DNA from: Gemmatimonadales bacterium
GTDB lineage: Bacteria; Gemmatimonadota; Gemmatimonadetes; Gemmatimonadales; GWC2-71-9
Direction of reading: 5' to 3'
DNA length: 55,473 nucleotides
Assembly (NCBI GenBank): GCA_041615815.1
Contig: JBFJCP010000029.1
Coordinates: forward strand, 1 to 55,473
Shown here: piece by piece, positions 46,704-55,473 of the stretch
How the letters are laid out: each line of letters opens with the position of its first letter
How positions within the stretch are numbered: position 1 is the stretch's first letter
Translations under genes and position numbers: made by a program
The notes under the pieces: model-generated
What the model was told of the DNA's origin: nothing
The model's database searches: none
Seen by the model: only the letters and a program-made list of their open reading frames with translations

Positions 46704-48040
46704 TTGCCGCCACAACGCTCCTCGCGCAGGCTGCAGCCGTTGTGGTGGGAGCCGGCGGATTCGAGTCCATCACTGCCGCATTGGCAGCAGCTCGCGCCGG
46801 CGATACCGTCCGCGTGACTGCCGGTAATTATCATGAACACCTCATGATCGATCGTGCGGTGACGCTACTCGGGGAGCCGGGGGCGGTGATCGATGGCGAC
46901 GGCAGGGGAGTCGTGCTCTACGTAACGGCGCCGGCAGTGATCAGCGGCTTCACCATCAGAGGGTCGGGGGCGAACCAGGCGAGAGAAGATGCGGGGATCC
47001 TGGCGGAGCGATCCGGCGGCCTCCGGGTCGAGCACAATACGTTCGAAGATGTGCTCTTTGGCGTCTACGTGAAGCAAAGCGACAGCGTCATCATTCGAGG
47101 TAACACGATCGGAGGAAAGAACGTTGCGATACCCCTGCGCGGTGATGGCATACGGCTCTGGTATAGCCATAATGGTAGCATAGAAGACAATGTGGTCCAG
47201 CGCACGCGCGATGTGGTGATCTGGTTTTCCAACGGTACCAGGGTCCGTCGCAATATGGTTCGCGATGGCCGGTATGGGCTGCACTATATGTACAGCAACC
47301 GGAATTCCTTTGAGGAGAATCAATTCATCGGGAATCACGTCGGGGCGTTCATTATGTACTCATCCGACATCCACTTTCGTGGCAATCTCTTCGCCGATGC
47401 CCGAGGCACGACGGGACGGGGCTTGGGATTCAAGGACTCCGAGAACATTGTTGCCGAGCAGAACGTTCTCGTCAAAAACGCCGTTGGGATTTCGATCGAC
47501 AATTCCCCTCATACTCAGGGCGTGCACAATCAGTTCAGGGACAATCTGATCGCCTACAATGACGTGGCCGTTGTCATGCTTCCGTCGGTCCACTCCAACA
47601 TATTTCTTGGGAACGATTTTGTAGACAACATGCGGCCCGTGACGGTCTCGGGCGGTGGGACCGCATTGGCGAACGATTGGCGGGGAAACTACTGGAGTGA
47701 GTACGCGGGATTCGACGCCGACGACGACGGCCATGGGGATTCACCGTTCGTCTACGAGCGGCTCTCTGACGATCTGCTGGCCAGGCATGACGATCTACTC
47801 ATGCTGAATCTGAGTCCGGCGCTGGAGCTGGTGAACACGCTGACGCGCGTTCTCCCGTTCCTCACGCCGAAACCGGTGATCATCGACTCATTCCCGCGAC
47901 TAACGATCTCGGACGCGCGACGGATTTCAACAGCTGCGCCATCGAGCCGGCACACGGCCGCATTCGGATTCCTCCTAGTCTGCGCCGCCGCGGTGACGCT
48001 GGTGACTCGCCTCCGGCGCCCGTTTCGGAGACTCGGATGA
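46700..48040 (+). CDS. nosD: Nitrous oxide reductase maturation protein NosD
   Basis: RGDGIRLWYS, RYGLHYMYS, GNYWSEY, D-P motifs, beta-helix repeats; ATGA coupling. Confidence 0.93.
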   Translation: MIAATTLLAQAAAVVVGAGGFESITAALAAARAGDTVRVTAGNYHEHLMIDRAVTLLGEPGAVIDGDGRGVVLYVTAPAVISGFTIRGSGANQAREDAGILAERSGGLRVEHNTFEDVLFGVYVKQSDSVIIRGNTIGGKNVAIPLRGDGIRLWYSHNGSIEDNVVQRTRDVVIWFSNGTRVRRNMVRDGRYGLHYMYSNRNSFEENQFIGNHVGAFIMYSSDIHFRGNLFADARGTTGRGLGFKDSENIVAEQNVLVKNAVGISIDNSPHTQGVHNQFRDNLIAYNDVAVVMLPSVHSNIFLGNDFVDNMRPVTVSGGGTALANDWRGNYWSEYAGFDADDDGHGDSPFVYERLSDDLLARHDDLLMLNLSPALELVNTLTRVLPFLTPKPVIIDSFPRLTISDARRISTAAPSSRHTAAFGFLLVCAAAVTLVTRLRRPFRRLG

Positions 48041-48960
48041 TCGAAGCCAGAGGAGTCACGAAGCGGTTCGGCTCACACGCCGTGCTCGACGGTATCGACC
48101 TCCAGGTGAAGGCGGGTGAACGGGTCGCCCTGCTAGGCCTCAATGGCGCTGGAAAGACGACGCTGATGCGGTGCCTCCTCGGATTGATTCGGTACGACGG
48201 AGACCTGCGCATCGGCGAGCGGGACGTTCGCGCTGAACCACGAGAGGCTCGGGCGCTGCTGGGATACGTACCGCAGCGAGCACCGCACTTCGATGGCACG
48301 CTGGCCGAGGTCGTCGAGTTCTTTGGGCGGCTCCGCGGGATCGAACGCCACGTAGTGCTCGAGCGGCTGGACTCGTTGGGGCTCTCCATCGCTGAACACG
48401 GATCCAAGACCGTCGCCACCCTCTCCGGGGGTATGCTCCAAAAACTGCTGCTCGCACTGGCCCTTGGCGACGATACACCCTTGCTGCTGCTCGACGAGCC
48501 GACAGCGAATCTCGATCCCCGCGCGCGTCACGAGTTTCTCCGCGCGCTCCGCCGCGTAGATCGACGAACCACCGTGTTGTTGGCGTCGCATCGCCTGGCC
48601 GATGTGCAGGCCGTGGCTGAACGCATGCTGGTGCTCCACCACGGCGGTCTCGTGTTCGACGGCACCATGCATGAGCTCTGGGAGCGGGTGGGAGCTACCG
48701 TCACACTCTGGCTGCGAGTCCCTCCCAATGTCCGGGACGAGGCGCGGGATCGCCTGCGTACCCGGTACCAGCTTCCCTCCACGGCTGCCAACGGCGCCGC
48801 GTTCGGTGTCTGCGTAGTACGCGGCGGCGGCGCAGACGTTCTGGTGGACCTCCGCAAGGCCGGGATTCCCGTGGAGGAGTTTTGGACCGAGAGCCCTTCT
48901 CTCCAAGATCTCTTGGAGGGTGTTCTCAGCCCGCACGGAGGCGTCGATGCCCACTCCTAG
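48037..48960 (+). CDS. nosF: ABC ATP-binding protein NosF
   Basis: GLNGAGKT, LSGGM, LLLDEP, SH; between nosD and the permease. Confidence 0.9.
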   Translation: MIEARGVTKRFGSHAVLDGIDLQVKAGERVALLGLNGAGKTTLMRCLLGLIRYDGDLRIGERDVRAEPREARALLGYVPQRAPHFDGTLAEVVEFFGRLRGIERHVVLERLDSLGLSIAEHGSKTVATLSGGMLQKLLLALALGDDTPLLLLDEPTANLDPRARHEFLRALRRVDRRTTVLLASHRLADVQAVAERMLVLHHGGLVFDGTMHELWERVGATVTLWLRVPPNVRDEARDRLRTRYQLPSTAANGAAFGVCVVRGGGADVLVDLRKAGIPVEEFWTESPSLQDLLEGVLSPHGGVDAHS

Positions 48961-49783
48961 CCAGAAACTCCCCCGAACGGTTTTGTTCGTGCAGCGAGAG
49001 CTTGCTGCCTCATTCCGGGCCCGATGGTTCTTGGTGTACTCGATTGCGTTTCTCGTCAGTGGACTGTTGTTGGCGGCGTTCGGAGCCGGTGACGTCGCCA
49101 TCCATGGATATCGCGGTTTCGCCCGAGCGTTTGCGGGACTCGTCCATCTCGCCTTGCTCTTCGTCCCGCTGATGGCACTCTTCCCTGCCACCGCAGCAAT
49201 CGCAGAGGAGCGTGAGAGCGGCGCTCTGGAGTATCTCCTGGCGCAACCGATCACTTTCGGCGAAGCATTCGTCGGGAAATGGGGCGGCGTGAGTGTGGCC
49301 GTGTTCCTCGCGCTGACCATCGGGTTTGGAGCCGCGGGCACTGTGGCGGTCATGCGAGGTGTTCCTGTCGCGCTGCTGGTGGCTCTGTACGGCTTCGTGG
49401 TCCTCCTGGCGCTCGCGTTCGTCTCCGTGGGCCTGCTGATCTCCACCCTCGTTACCTCCCGAGCTCGCGCAACCACCCTCGGTGTGCTCACGTGGTTGAT
49501 CCTCGTCGCGCTTGGGAGCCTGGGAATTCTCGTCGCATTCGTACGATGGGGAATCTCGGAGAATCTGTTGGTGTTGTGGTCGTTTGCGAATCCGGTCGAA
49601 GCGTTTCGCTTGGGGATCGTGGGCATCCTGGACGCAGATCTCAGCTTGCTGGGACCAGTGGGCGCGCAAGTCATGGATCGCTTCGGCCCGGTCGGCACAC
49701 CGGCCCTGGCTGCCGTGACCCTCGTCGTGTGGATCGTCGTGCCTGGGCTCCTGGGCTGGCTCCGGTTTCGCCGGCCCGCATGA
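48947..49783 (+). CDS. nosY: ABC permease NosY
   Basis: SD GGAGG; VPLMAL, ERESGALEYLLAQP, NPVEAFR; about 6 TM. Confidence 0.9.
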   Translation: MPTPSQKLPRTVLFVQRELAASFRARWFLVYSIAFLVSGLLLAAFGAGDVAIHGYRGFARAFAGLVHLALLFVPLMALFPATAAIAEERESGALEYLLAQPITFGEAFVGKWGGVSVAVFLALTIGFGAAGTVAVMRGVPVALLVALYGFVVLLALAFVSVGLLISTLVTSRARATTLGVLTWLILVALGSLGILVAFVRWGISENLLVLWSFANPVEAFRLGIVGILDADLSLLGPVGAQVMDRFGPVGTPALAAVTLVVWIVVPGLLGWLRFRRPA

Positions 49784-49882
49784 GCGCACCAGGGTCGCCT
49801 CAGAAGCTCCCCACCCCACCGCCCCGCCGTTCGATTACTTTTCGCGATCCACCGTAGGCCGGCCTTCAAGCAAGGGCATCAG

Positions 49883-52162
49883 ATGACATCGCACGCCTTC
49901 ACCGAACCCCGAGCACTCGTCCTTCTCGGCATCGGTTTTCTCGCAGCGGGTTGTGGATCCTCCACGCAACAGGCCGCCCCCGAACCGGTGGTGCCGACGG
50001 AGATTCCAACGCAGGTAGTCCAGATGGATTCCGTGAACGTCGTGACGGGACGCGAGCCCGCGCGACTCCCGGGCGTCAATCTCGATACGGTCCGCGCCGG
50101 CCGCTTTGACAATGGCAAGATGTGGACGTTCGAGTATCCGCCCTTGGAGTACTTTGCGGAGACTTACGCGTTCGTTCCCGACTCCGCCTGGTTTGCGCGG
50201 GCGCGGCTGGGTGCGCTCCGCCTTCCCAACTGCTCCGCGTCTTTCGTCTCACCCCATGGCCTCGTCCTCACGAACCACCACTGCGCTCGAGAAAGCGTGA
50301 CCGAGGTGTCCCGCGAGGGTGAGGACTTGTTGGATGTTGGATTCTACGCTCCGTCGGTCACCGAGGAGCGGCGGGTCGAACAAACGCATGCCGATCAGCT
50401 CATCACGATCCGCGACGTAACGGCGGACGTCGAGGCGGCTCTGGCAGGCGTGTTGGGTGACTCGGCGCGGGCCGCGGCCCGTGAAGCGGCTACAGCAACC
50501 ATTCGTGAGCAGATCTTGGCTGAATATGGAGGCGAAGAGAGCGACCACGTCGTCGAAGTGATCTCGCTCTGGGATGGAGCCAAGTATTCTGCATATGTCT
50601 TCCGTCGGTACACAGACGTGCGTTTGGTACTCGCACCAGAGCTCCAGATTGGTTTCTTTGGCGGTGACCCCGACAATTTCACCTATCCCAGATACAACCT
50701 GGACATGTCGTTCTACCGCATATACGACGACCAGGGCGAGCCACTTCAGACTGAGCACTACTTCTCTTGGAGCGATCGGGAAGTCCACGAAGGAGATGGC
50801 GTCTTCGTGATCGGTAACCCCGGATCGACAAATCGCCTTCAAACCACGGCACAACTCGAGTTCCGAAGGGACGTTCAGGATAAAGCGATTCTGCAGTTAC
50901 TAACCAGCCGTGCCGATGCGTTGCAGGCATTCGCCGATACCCATCCCGCGGCAGCGGCGGAACTCGATCTCGTGAATGAGATCTTCAGCCTCCGCAATTC
51001 CGAGAAGGCGTATCGCGGGATGTGGCAGGGCCTGAACGACCCGGTGATCATGGCACGGCGGAGAGACAGCGAGCGCAAATTCCGCACGGCGATCCTGAAC
51101 GATGCCCGGCTCCAGGCGCAGTACGGCAGTTTACTCGACCGGATGGCGCAAATCCAACGAGACAAACACGAGCTAGCCGCGGATTACGGAGCCTTTCTGG
51201 CGCTCGGAAATCCCAGCTTCACGTCAACGACCTTGCTCCGGGCTTTCAAGAGTTTCCAGTATCTAGGCGCGCGCGAAGGCGGTGCGCCGCCAGCCGTGCT
51301 CCGAGAAATCGAAGGAGAGATCTTGGGTGTGCAGGACCAGCCACGGGATCTACAGGCTGCGCTGCTTGCCGCCCGCCTGCGCGACATCCAACGATCGCTC
51401 GGCCCCTCGAGTACGATGGTGACGCAGCTCCTCCAGGGCCGCAGCCCAGACGACGCCGCTGCCGCTTTCGTGGATGCATCCGCGCTGCGCGATTCCACGA
51501 ACACTGCGGCGGCACTCGCGAGTGGCTCACTCAACCGATCAGACCCGGCAGTGCAAGCGGCCGGGCTCATCCTTCCGCGGCTCGCGCGATACCAACAGCG
51601 CCTCTCCGGACTGCTCCAACAGGAGAATGAGCTGGCAAACCAGCTGGGCCGGGCCCGGTTCGATGTTTTCGGCACGAGCATACCACCCGATGCTACCTTT
51701 TCGCTGCGCATCGCCGACGGCGTGGTGCGAGGATACGACTATAATGGAACCGTTGCACCAACGCACACCACCTTCTATGGGCTGTACGATCGCTACTACT
51801 CGCATTCCGGCAATGAGTGGGACCTGCCGCCTCGGTGGCTCAGCCCTCCACCATCGTTCGACCTCTCGACGGCCATTAACTTCGTGTTAACCGCCGATAT
51901 CATCGGCGGTAACTCGGGCTCCCCTGTCATCGACCGAGAGCAACGCCTCGTAGGTCTCATCTTCGACGGTAACATCGAAAGCCTACCTGGCGATTACATC
52001 TATGCGCCTGAGAAAAACCGCGCGGTGGCCGTGCACGCGAGAGGAATTCTGGAAGCGCTCGATGACATCTATGACGCGGATCGCATCGTGTTGGAACTCA
52101 CCACCGGGCGCCTCGTTCCCACCGAGGCCGAAGCGGACGCCGTGATGACTGGCAGGCAATAA
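49883..52162 (+). CDS. S46 family dipeptidyl peptidase, lipoprotein
   Basis: Lipobox LAAG-C; GKMW, CSASFVS, TNHHC, FGGDPDNFTYPR, DIIGGNSGSP, FDGN. Confidence 0.92.
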   Translation: MTSHAFTEPRALVLLGIGFLAAGCGSSTQQAAPEPVVPTEIPTQVVQMDSVNVVTGREPARLPGVNLDTVRAGRFDNGKMWTFEYPPLEYFAETYAFVPDSAWFARARLGALRLPNCSASFVSPHGLVLTNHHCARESVTEVSREGEDLLDVGFYAPSVTEERRVEQTHADQLITIRDVTADVEAALAGVLGDSARAAAREAATATIREQILAEYGGEESDHVVEVISLWDGAKYSAYVFRRYTDVRLVLAPELQIGFFGGDPDNFTYPRYNLDMSFYRIYDDQGEPLQTEHYFSWSDREVHEGDGVFVIGNPGSTNRLQTTAQLEFRRDVQDKAILQLLTSRADALQAFADTHPAAAAELDLVNEIFSLRNSEKAYRGMWQGLNDPVIMARRRDSERKFRTAILNDARLQAQYGSLLDRMAQIQRDKHELAADYGAFLALGNPSFTSTTLLRAFKSFQYLGAREGGAPPAVLREIEGEILGVQDQPRDLQAALLAARLRDIQRSLGPSSTMVTQLLQGRSPDDAAAAFVDASALRDSTNTAAALASGSLNRSDPAVQAAGLILPRLARYQQRLSGLLQQENELANQLGRARFDVFGTSIPPDATFSLRIADGVVRGYDYNGTVAPTHTTFYGLYDRYYSHSGNEWDLPPRWLSPPPSFDLSTAINFVLTADIIGGNSGSPVIDREQRLVGLIFDGNIESLPGDYIYAPEKNRAVAVHARGILEALDDIYDADRIVLELTTGRLVPTEAEADAVMTGRQ

Positions 52163-52186
52163 GCCAGATCCGCCGCCTGGCACAGC

Positions 52187-52229
52187 CGGAAGTTGGGGGC
52201 GGCAGGTGACCAGCCGCCCCCAACTTCCG
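52187..52229. terminator. Hairpin between convergent S46 and glnA
   Basis: CGGAAGTTGGGGGCGGC-N9-GCCGCCCCCAACTTCCG, perfect 17-bp stem. Confidence 0.7.
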
Positions 52230-52303
52230 TTCGCTAGGGCATTCGTGGGTTACGATTGGGCGGCAACAACACCACGTTCCACCGCTCCATTCCCTATCCC
52301 ACC

Positions 52304-53782
52304 TTACACATCGTAGTAGAGAAAGAATTCGTACGGGTGGGGCCGAAGCATGACCGGTCCGCACTCTTTCTCGCGGCGATAGGTGAGCCAAGTCTCAATC
52401 AGATCTCTCGTGAAAACATCGCCTTCGAGAAGGAACGCGTGATCGGACTCGAGGGCTGCCAACGCCTCCTCCAACGAACGGGGTGTGTTTCGGACCAAGA
52501 GACGTTCGTCCGGATCGAGTTCATAGAGATCCTGGTCGATGGGTGCCTGCGGCTCGGTCCTATTCTTGATCCCGTCGAGTCCCGCCATCAACATTGCTGC
52601 CAATCCTAGATACGGATTGCAGGAGGGATCGCCCGCTCGAAACTCCACGCGCTTGGCTTTGGCCGAGTCCGAGTACATGGGGATCCTGCAGATCGCGCTC
52701 CGATTGCGCTTGGAGTAGACCAGGTTGACGGGGGCTTCGTACCCGGGAACTAGACGTCGATACGAATTCGTGGTAGGCGCCGCGAATGCCAGGATCGCAC
52801 CGGCGTGCTCGAGGAGCCCGCCAATGTAGAATCGTGCAAGATCTGACAAACCGGCGTAGCCTTCGGCGCCGTAAAACAAGTTCTCACCGCCATTCCAGAG
52901 ACTCTGGTGGACGTGCATACCCGAGCCGTTGTCACCAAACAAGGGCTTGGGCATGAACGTGGCGGTATATCCGTGCTTATGGCACACGTTCTTCACGATG
53001 TACTTGTACATCATGATCTGATCCGCCATTCGAAGCAGCGTTCCATATCGCATGTCCAGCTCCGCCTGTCCCGCCGTGCCGACCTCGTGGTGCTGGCCCT
53101 CGACCTCGATCCCGGATTCCTCCAACGCCATCATGATCCGCGAACGAAGGTCTTGCAGTTTGTCCACCGGTGGCACCGGGAAGTACCCCTCCTTGTGACG
53201 AGGTCGGTGCGCGAGGTTCGGACGGCCCCCGTCGCGGCCGGAGTTCCAGATCCCCTCCTCAGAATCGATGTGGTAGTAACCCTCGTGTGCGTTCTGATCG
53301 AACCGCACCGAGTTGAAGATGTAGAACTCCGCTTCCGGCCCCCAATACGAGGTGGTGGCAATGCCCGTCTCCCGAAGGTACTGCTCCGCCTTGCGCGCTA
53401 CATGACGTGGGTCGCGGCTATACCGCTCACCGGTCGTGGGATCGACGATATCGCAGATCAGCACGAGGGTCGGTACTTCCAAACATGGATCGACGAAGAC
53501 CGAGGCTGGATCGGGGAGCAGCAGCATGTCACTCTCGTGTATCGCCTGAAAACCACGAATGCTCGAGCCGTCGAACCCGAGTCCGTCCGTGAAGACCTCT
53601 GCCGTGAGCTCCCGGGCCGGAATGGAGAAATGCTGCCACTGGCCGGGAAGATCGGCGAACCGTACATCGACCACCTTGACGCCCGCCTCCTTGGCACGGT
53701 GGATGACGTCCGCCGCGGCGTCGAGTGAGACGGAACGGGCGGTACCGTTTCCATCGGTTCGTGGGGGAAGGATGGCGGTCAT
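52304..53782 (-). CDS. glnA: Glutamine synthetase type I
   Basis: FDGSSIRGF, HHEVG, TFMPKP...NGSGMHVH, RLVPGYEAP, NRSA, NPYL; DLYEL matches the adenylylation-site region. Confidence 0.97.
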   Translation of the reverse strand: MTAILPPRTDGNGTARSVSLDAAADVIHRAKEAGVKVVDVRFADLPGQWQHFSIPARELTAEVFTDGLGFDGSSIRGFQAIHESDMLLLPDPASVFVDPCLEVPTLVLICDIVDPTTGERYSRDPRHVARKAEQYLRETGIATTSYWGPEAEFYIFNSVRFDQNAHEGYYHIDSEEGIWNSGRDGGRPNLAHRPRHKEGYFPVPPVDKLQDLRSRIMMALEESGIEVEGQHHEVGTAGQAELDMRYGTLLRMADQIMMYKYIVKNVCHKHGYTATFMPKPLFGDNGSGMHVHQSLWNGGENLFYGAEGYAGLSDLARFYIGGLLEHAGAILAFAAPTTNSYRRLVPGYEAPVNLVYSKRNRSAICRIPMYSDSAKAKRVEFRAGDPSCNPYLGLAAMLMAGLDGIKNRTEPQAPIDQDLYELDPDERLLVRNTPRSLEEALAALESDHAFLLEGDVFTRDLIETWLTYRREKECGPVMLRPHPYEFFLYYDV

Positions 53783-53897
53783 GTGTTCTCCTCGAAAACG
53801 GTGGCCGGGCCGCTATAGCACTCGGGGGCGACCCGCCCTGCCTGGCCCGAAGCCACCACGCCGGGTCGACAACGGGGGTCGCATGACCATCGTGTCA

Positions 53898-53914
53898 GGC
53901 ATTTTTTGCGCCAG
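53898..53914 (-). promoter_or_regulatory. Sigma54 (-24/-12) promoter of glnA
   Basis: Minus strand CTGGCGCAAAAAATGCC: GG-N10-GC, about 115 nt upstream of the ATG. Confidence 0.7.
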
Positions 53915-54081
53915 ATGCAAAAATTCTAGCTTAATTGGCTGATCACGAGCCGTAATATGCATGTCTGAATCCAGAGAAACGCAGAAAATGCAGATAACTG
54001 GTCACACGTGCGGCATCTGAGCCACAGTGGCGGCGTGGTGAGAAGGTCCGGCGGCAGACCGCGGAGCCGCCAAACGAGGAG

Positions 54082-55269
54082 TCAGTTGGGGCGTCGAGGC
54101 TTGGAAAACCTCACCGGTGGCGACGCGCGGGACGTCCGCGAGACGCTACGAGTCGAGGACCGAGACGAAGGTATTGCCCACCGAGCGCCCTGGTCTGCCT
54201 GCCGCGAACCGGCTTCTGAAAACGTCCCGCCCCTGTTGGTACGCGGGAAGGGGTCTGGCCACGCTTGTGGCCATGGCGACCCCATCGGTTGCCGGAGGCC
54301 TCGTCGCGAGCGCTCAAATCGCTCCGACGCCGTAGGGAACGGCACGGGAGGTTGCTCGTTCGTGTTGAAACCCCCGTTCGCTTGACCCGCGATGTCAGCC
54401 TCATCGTCCCCAAACAACACGCGCGACGCGGGCGTAATCGGTGGCGGATTCACTTGCACGACGCTGGTTTGAACATGACGTGCCTCGACAGGTCCGCCTA
54501 GCACATCTCGCGGAAACTTGGGAAATGGTGGCGGGTCGATGATCAGTGTATCGACCGTCGCGCTGTCCCGTGGCTCCGGAGGTGCTGCGTCTTCGGGGAC
54601 AGCATCCGAACAGTACGTGAAACGACCATCCGAATAAGAGACCGGATACACGGAACCTGGGGCGACGGTGCTCGTGCATAAGTAGGCGAAACGATCGGCG
54701 TCGTGCACCAAAGGGGCGTCCACGTAGTAGCTGAGCACCGCGACCACCGCGCCCGGCCCGCCAACGCGCGCCACCAGATCGTCTATGGTCCGCTGAGGAT
54801 TCAAGCTCGCTGGGCGAAGCGAGAAATGGAAATCCGCCCGCCACCGACCCAGGTAGCCGAGGCCGAGAAGCTGCTGCTTCAACGGAAACGCCTCGGGCGC
54901 GGCGATCGCCAGCAGATACCCAAACCCGGACGCACGGGGGGCTATCCAGTGGCCCGCGCTTGCACCCACCATCGGTACGAGGTGCTGGCCCCGAGCGGTT
55001 GCGACCGGTGGGCCTGCGTCGTACGGGTGGAGAACCCGAAGCCAATGAGACGGGGTAAGCTCGAGAATAACCACGTGCCCCGGATCGGACAGTTCGAGAT
55101 AGAGCGGCAGTCGCTCGCCCGGGTGCACCACCACGTAGTCGTCGTACTGGGTCGGGTACCCCAACCTGAGCCGGGCGTCAATGAAATCCTGACCTCGAGC
55201 GGACGGAGGGGAGAGCACAACTAGCGTGACGAGGGCAGCGACGGCAATGGCTGGGTGGGAGGGCTTCAC
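54082..55269 (-). CDS. Secreted hypothetical protein (DUF4384-like N-terminus, Pro/Arg/Ser-rich tail)
   Basis: SD GAGGAGG before GTG 55269; signal peptide ending ARG; GERLPLYLELSDPGHVVIL...LRVLHP resembles DUF4384 (tentative). Confidence 0.6.
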   Translation of the reverse strand: MKPSHPAIAVAALVTLVVLSPPSARGQDFIDARLRLGYPTQYDDYVVVHPGERLPLYLELSDPGHVVILELTPSHWLRVLHPYDAGPPVATARGQHLVPMVGASAGHWIAPRASGFGYLLAIAAPEAFPLKQQLLGLGYLGRWRADFHFSLRPASLNPQRTIDDLVARVGGPGAVVAVLSYYVDAPLVHDADRFAYLCTSTVAPGSVYPVSYSDGRFTYCSDAVPEDAAPPEPRDSATVDTLIIDPPPFPKFPRDVLGGPVEARHVQTSVVQVNPPPITPASRVLFGDDEADIAGQANGGFNTNEQPPVPFPTASERFERSRRGLRQPMGSPWPQAWPDPFPRTNRGGTFSEAGSRQADQGARWAIPSSRSSTRSVSRTSRASPPVRFSKPRRPN

Positions 55270-55473
55270 GAGTGCCTCCTCGCGGGAACTCCGGTAGTTG
55301 GCGACGACATCATTAATGCCGCAAACTTTGTTCCGAAGGATGGAGGAACTTAACTTATTGTAAAACAATCACTTAAAGCGCTTGCAGGATTGGGTTCTGT
55401 GTCCGTCTCCCAGGACATTGCGTGCTTTGGATGGACAGGGTCCAGGCCGACCTTCGGTGTCAGCGGAAGGTCG

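Noticed and set aside
48133..49869. 578-aa minus-strand ORF
   Set aside because: It is the antisense shadow of nosF/nosY and has no recognisable motifs; long shadow ORFs are expected in GC-rich DNA.
32079..52229. REP or MITE family among the intergenic hairpins (32079, 36421, 46034, 52187)
   Set aside because: The stems share no sequence and I saw no target-site duplications; they look like independent terminators or stabilisers.
1..55473. CRISPR arrays, tRNA/rRNA, transposases, integrases, prophage or defence genes, selenocysteine read-through
   Set aside because: No repeat-spacer array, RNA-gene signature or such protein motif was seen; the redox motifs (CPLC, CGPC) use normal Cys codons. 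Short ncRNAs cannot be excluded by eye.

Overview
GC-rich, gene-dense bacterial window. The gene content (clade II nosZ, ba3-type oxidase, DUF1800/DUF1501, S46 peptidase) would fit Gemmatimonadota, but that is an inference. I saw no rRNA, tRNA, CRISPR array or mobile element. From left to right: (1) a divergent EF-G paralogue; (2) a coupled operon of two phytoene-dehydrogenase-like flavoproteins and a Rieske oxygenase alpha subunit, followed by a stand-alone A-T-TE NRPS-like gene with an atypical A domain and a Cys-type TE; (3) DUF1800/DUF1501, two SDRs, a GT2, a CPA1 antiporter, DUF3179 and a small Cys/His secreted protein paired with a TlpA fusion; (4) a signalling block of S2P-CBS protease, GAF/HisKA_3 kinase, NarL regulator, lone receiver and two paralogous hybrid kinases; (5) an ~18 kb low-oxygen respiration island with Hsp20, USP, CBS protein, cbaD-B-A oxidase, two ZIP transporters, a soluble DosS-like GAF kinase, an OmpR-family two-component pair, DUF2892, cytochromes c, a porin and nosC-Z-B-D-F-Y (no nosL); (6) an S46 peptidase, glnA with a sigma54-type promoter, and a secreted hypothetical protein. 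The strongest unexplained signal is a shared promoter architecture at five island promoters, including nos and the OmpR regulator itself: TTCA-like repeats at exactly 11-nt spacing with a -10-like hexamer 16 nt after the last repeat. This points to a heme-GAF/OmpR-controlled microoxic and N2O-respiration regulon. All functional calls rest on motif recognition; no database search was run.
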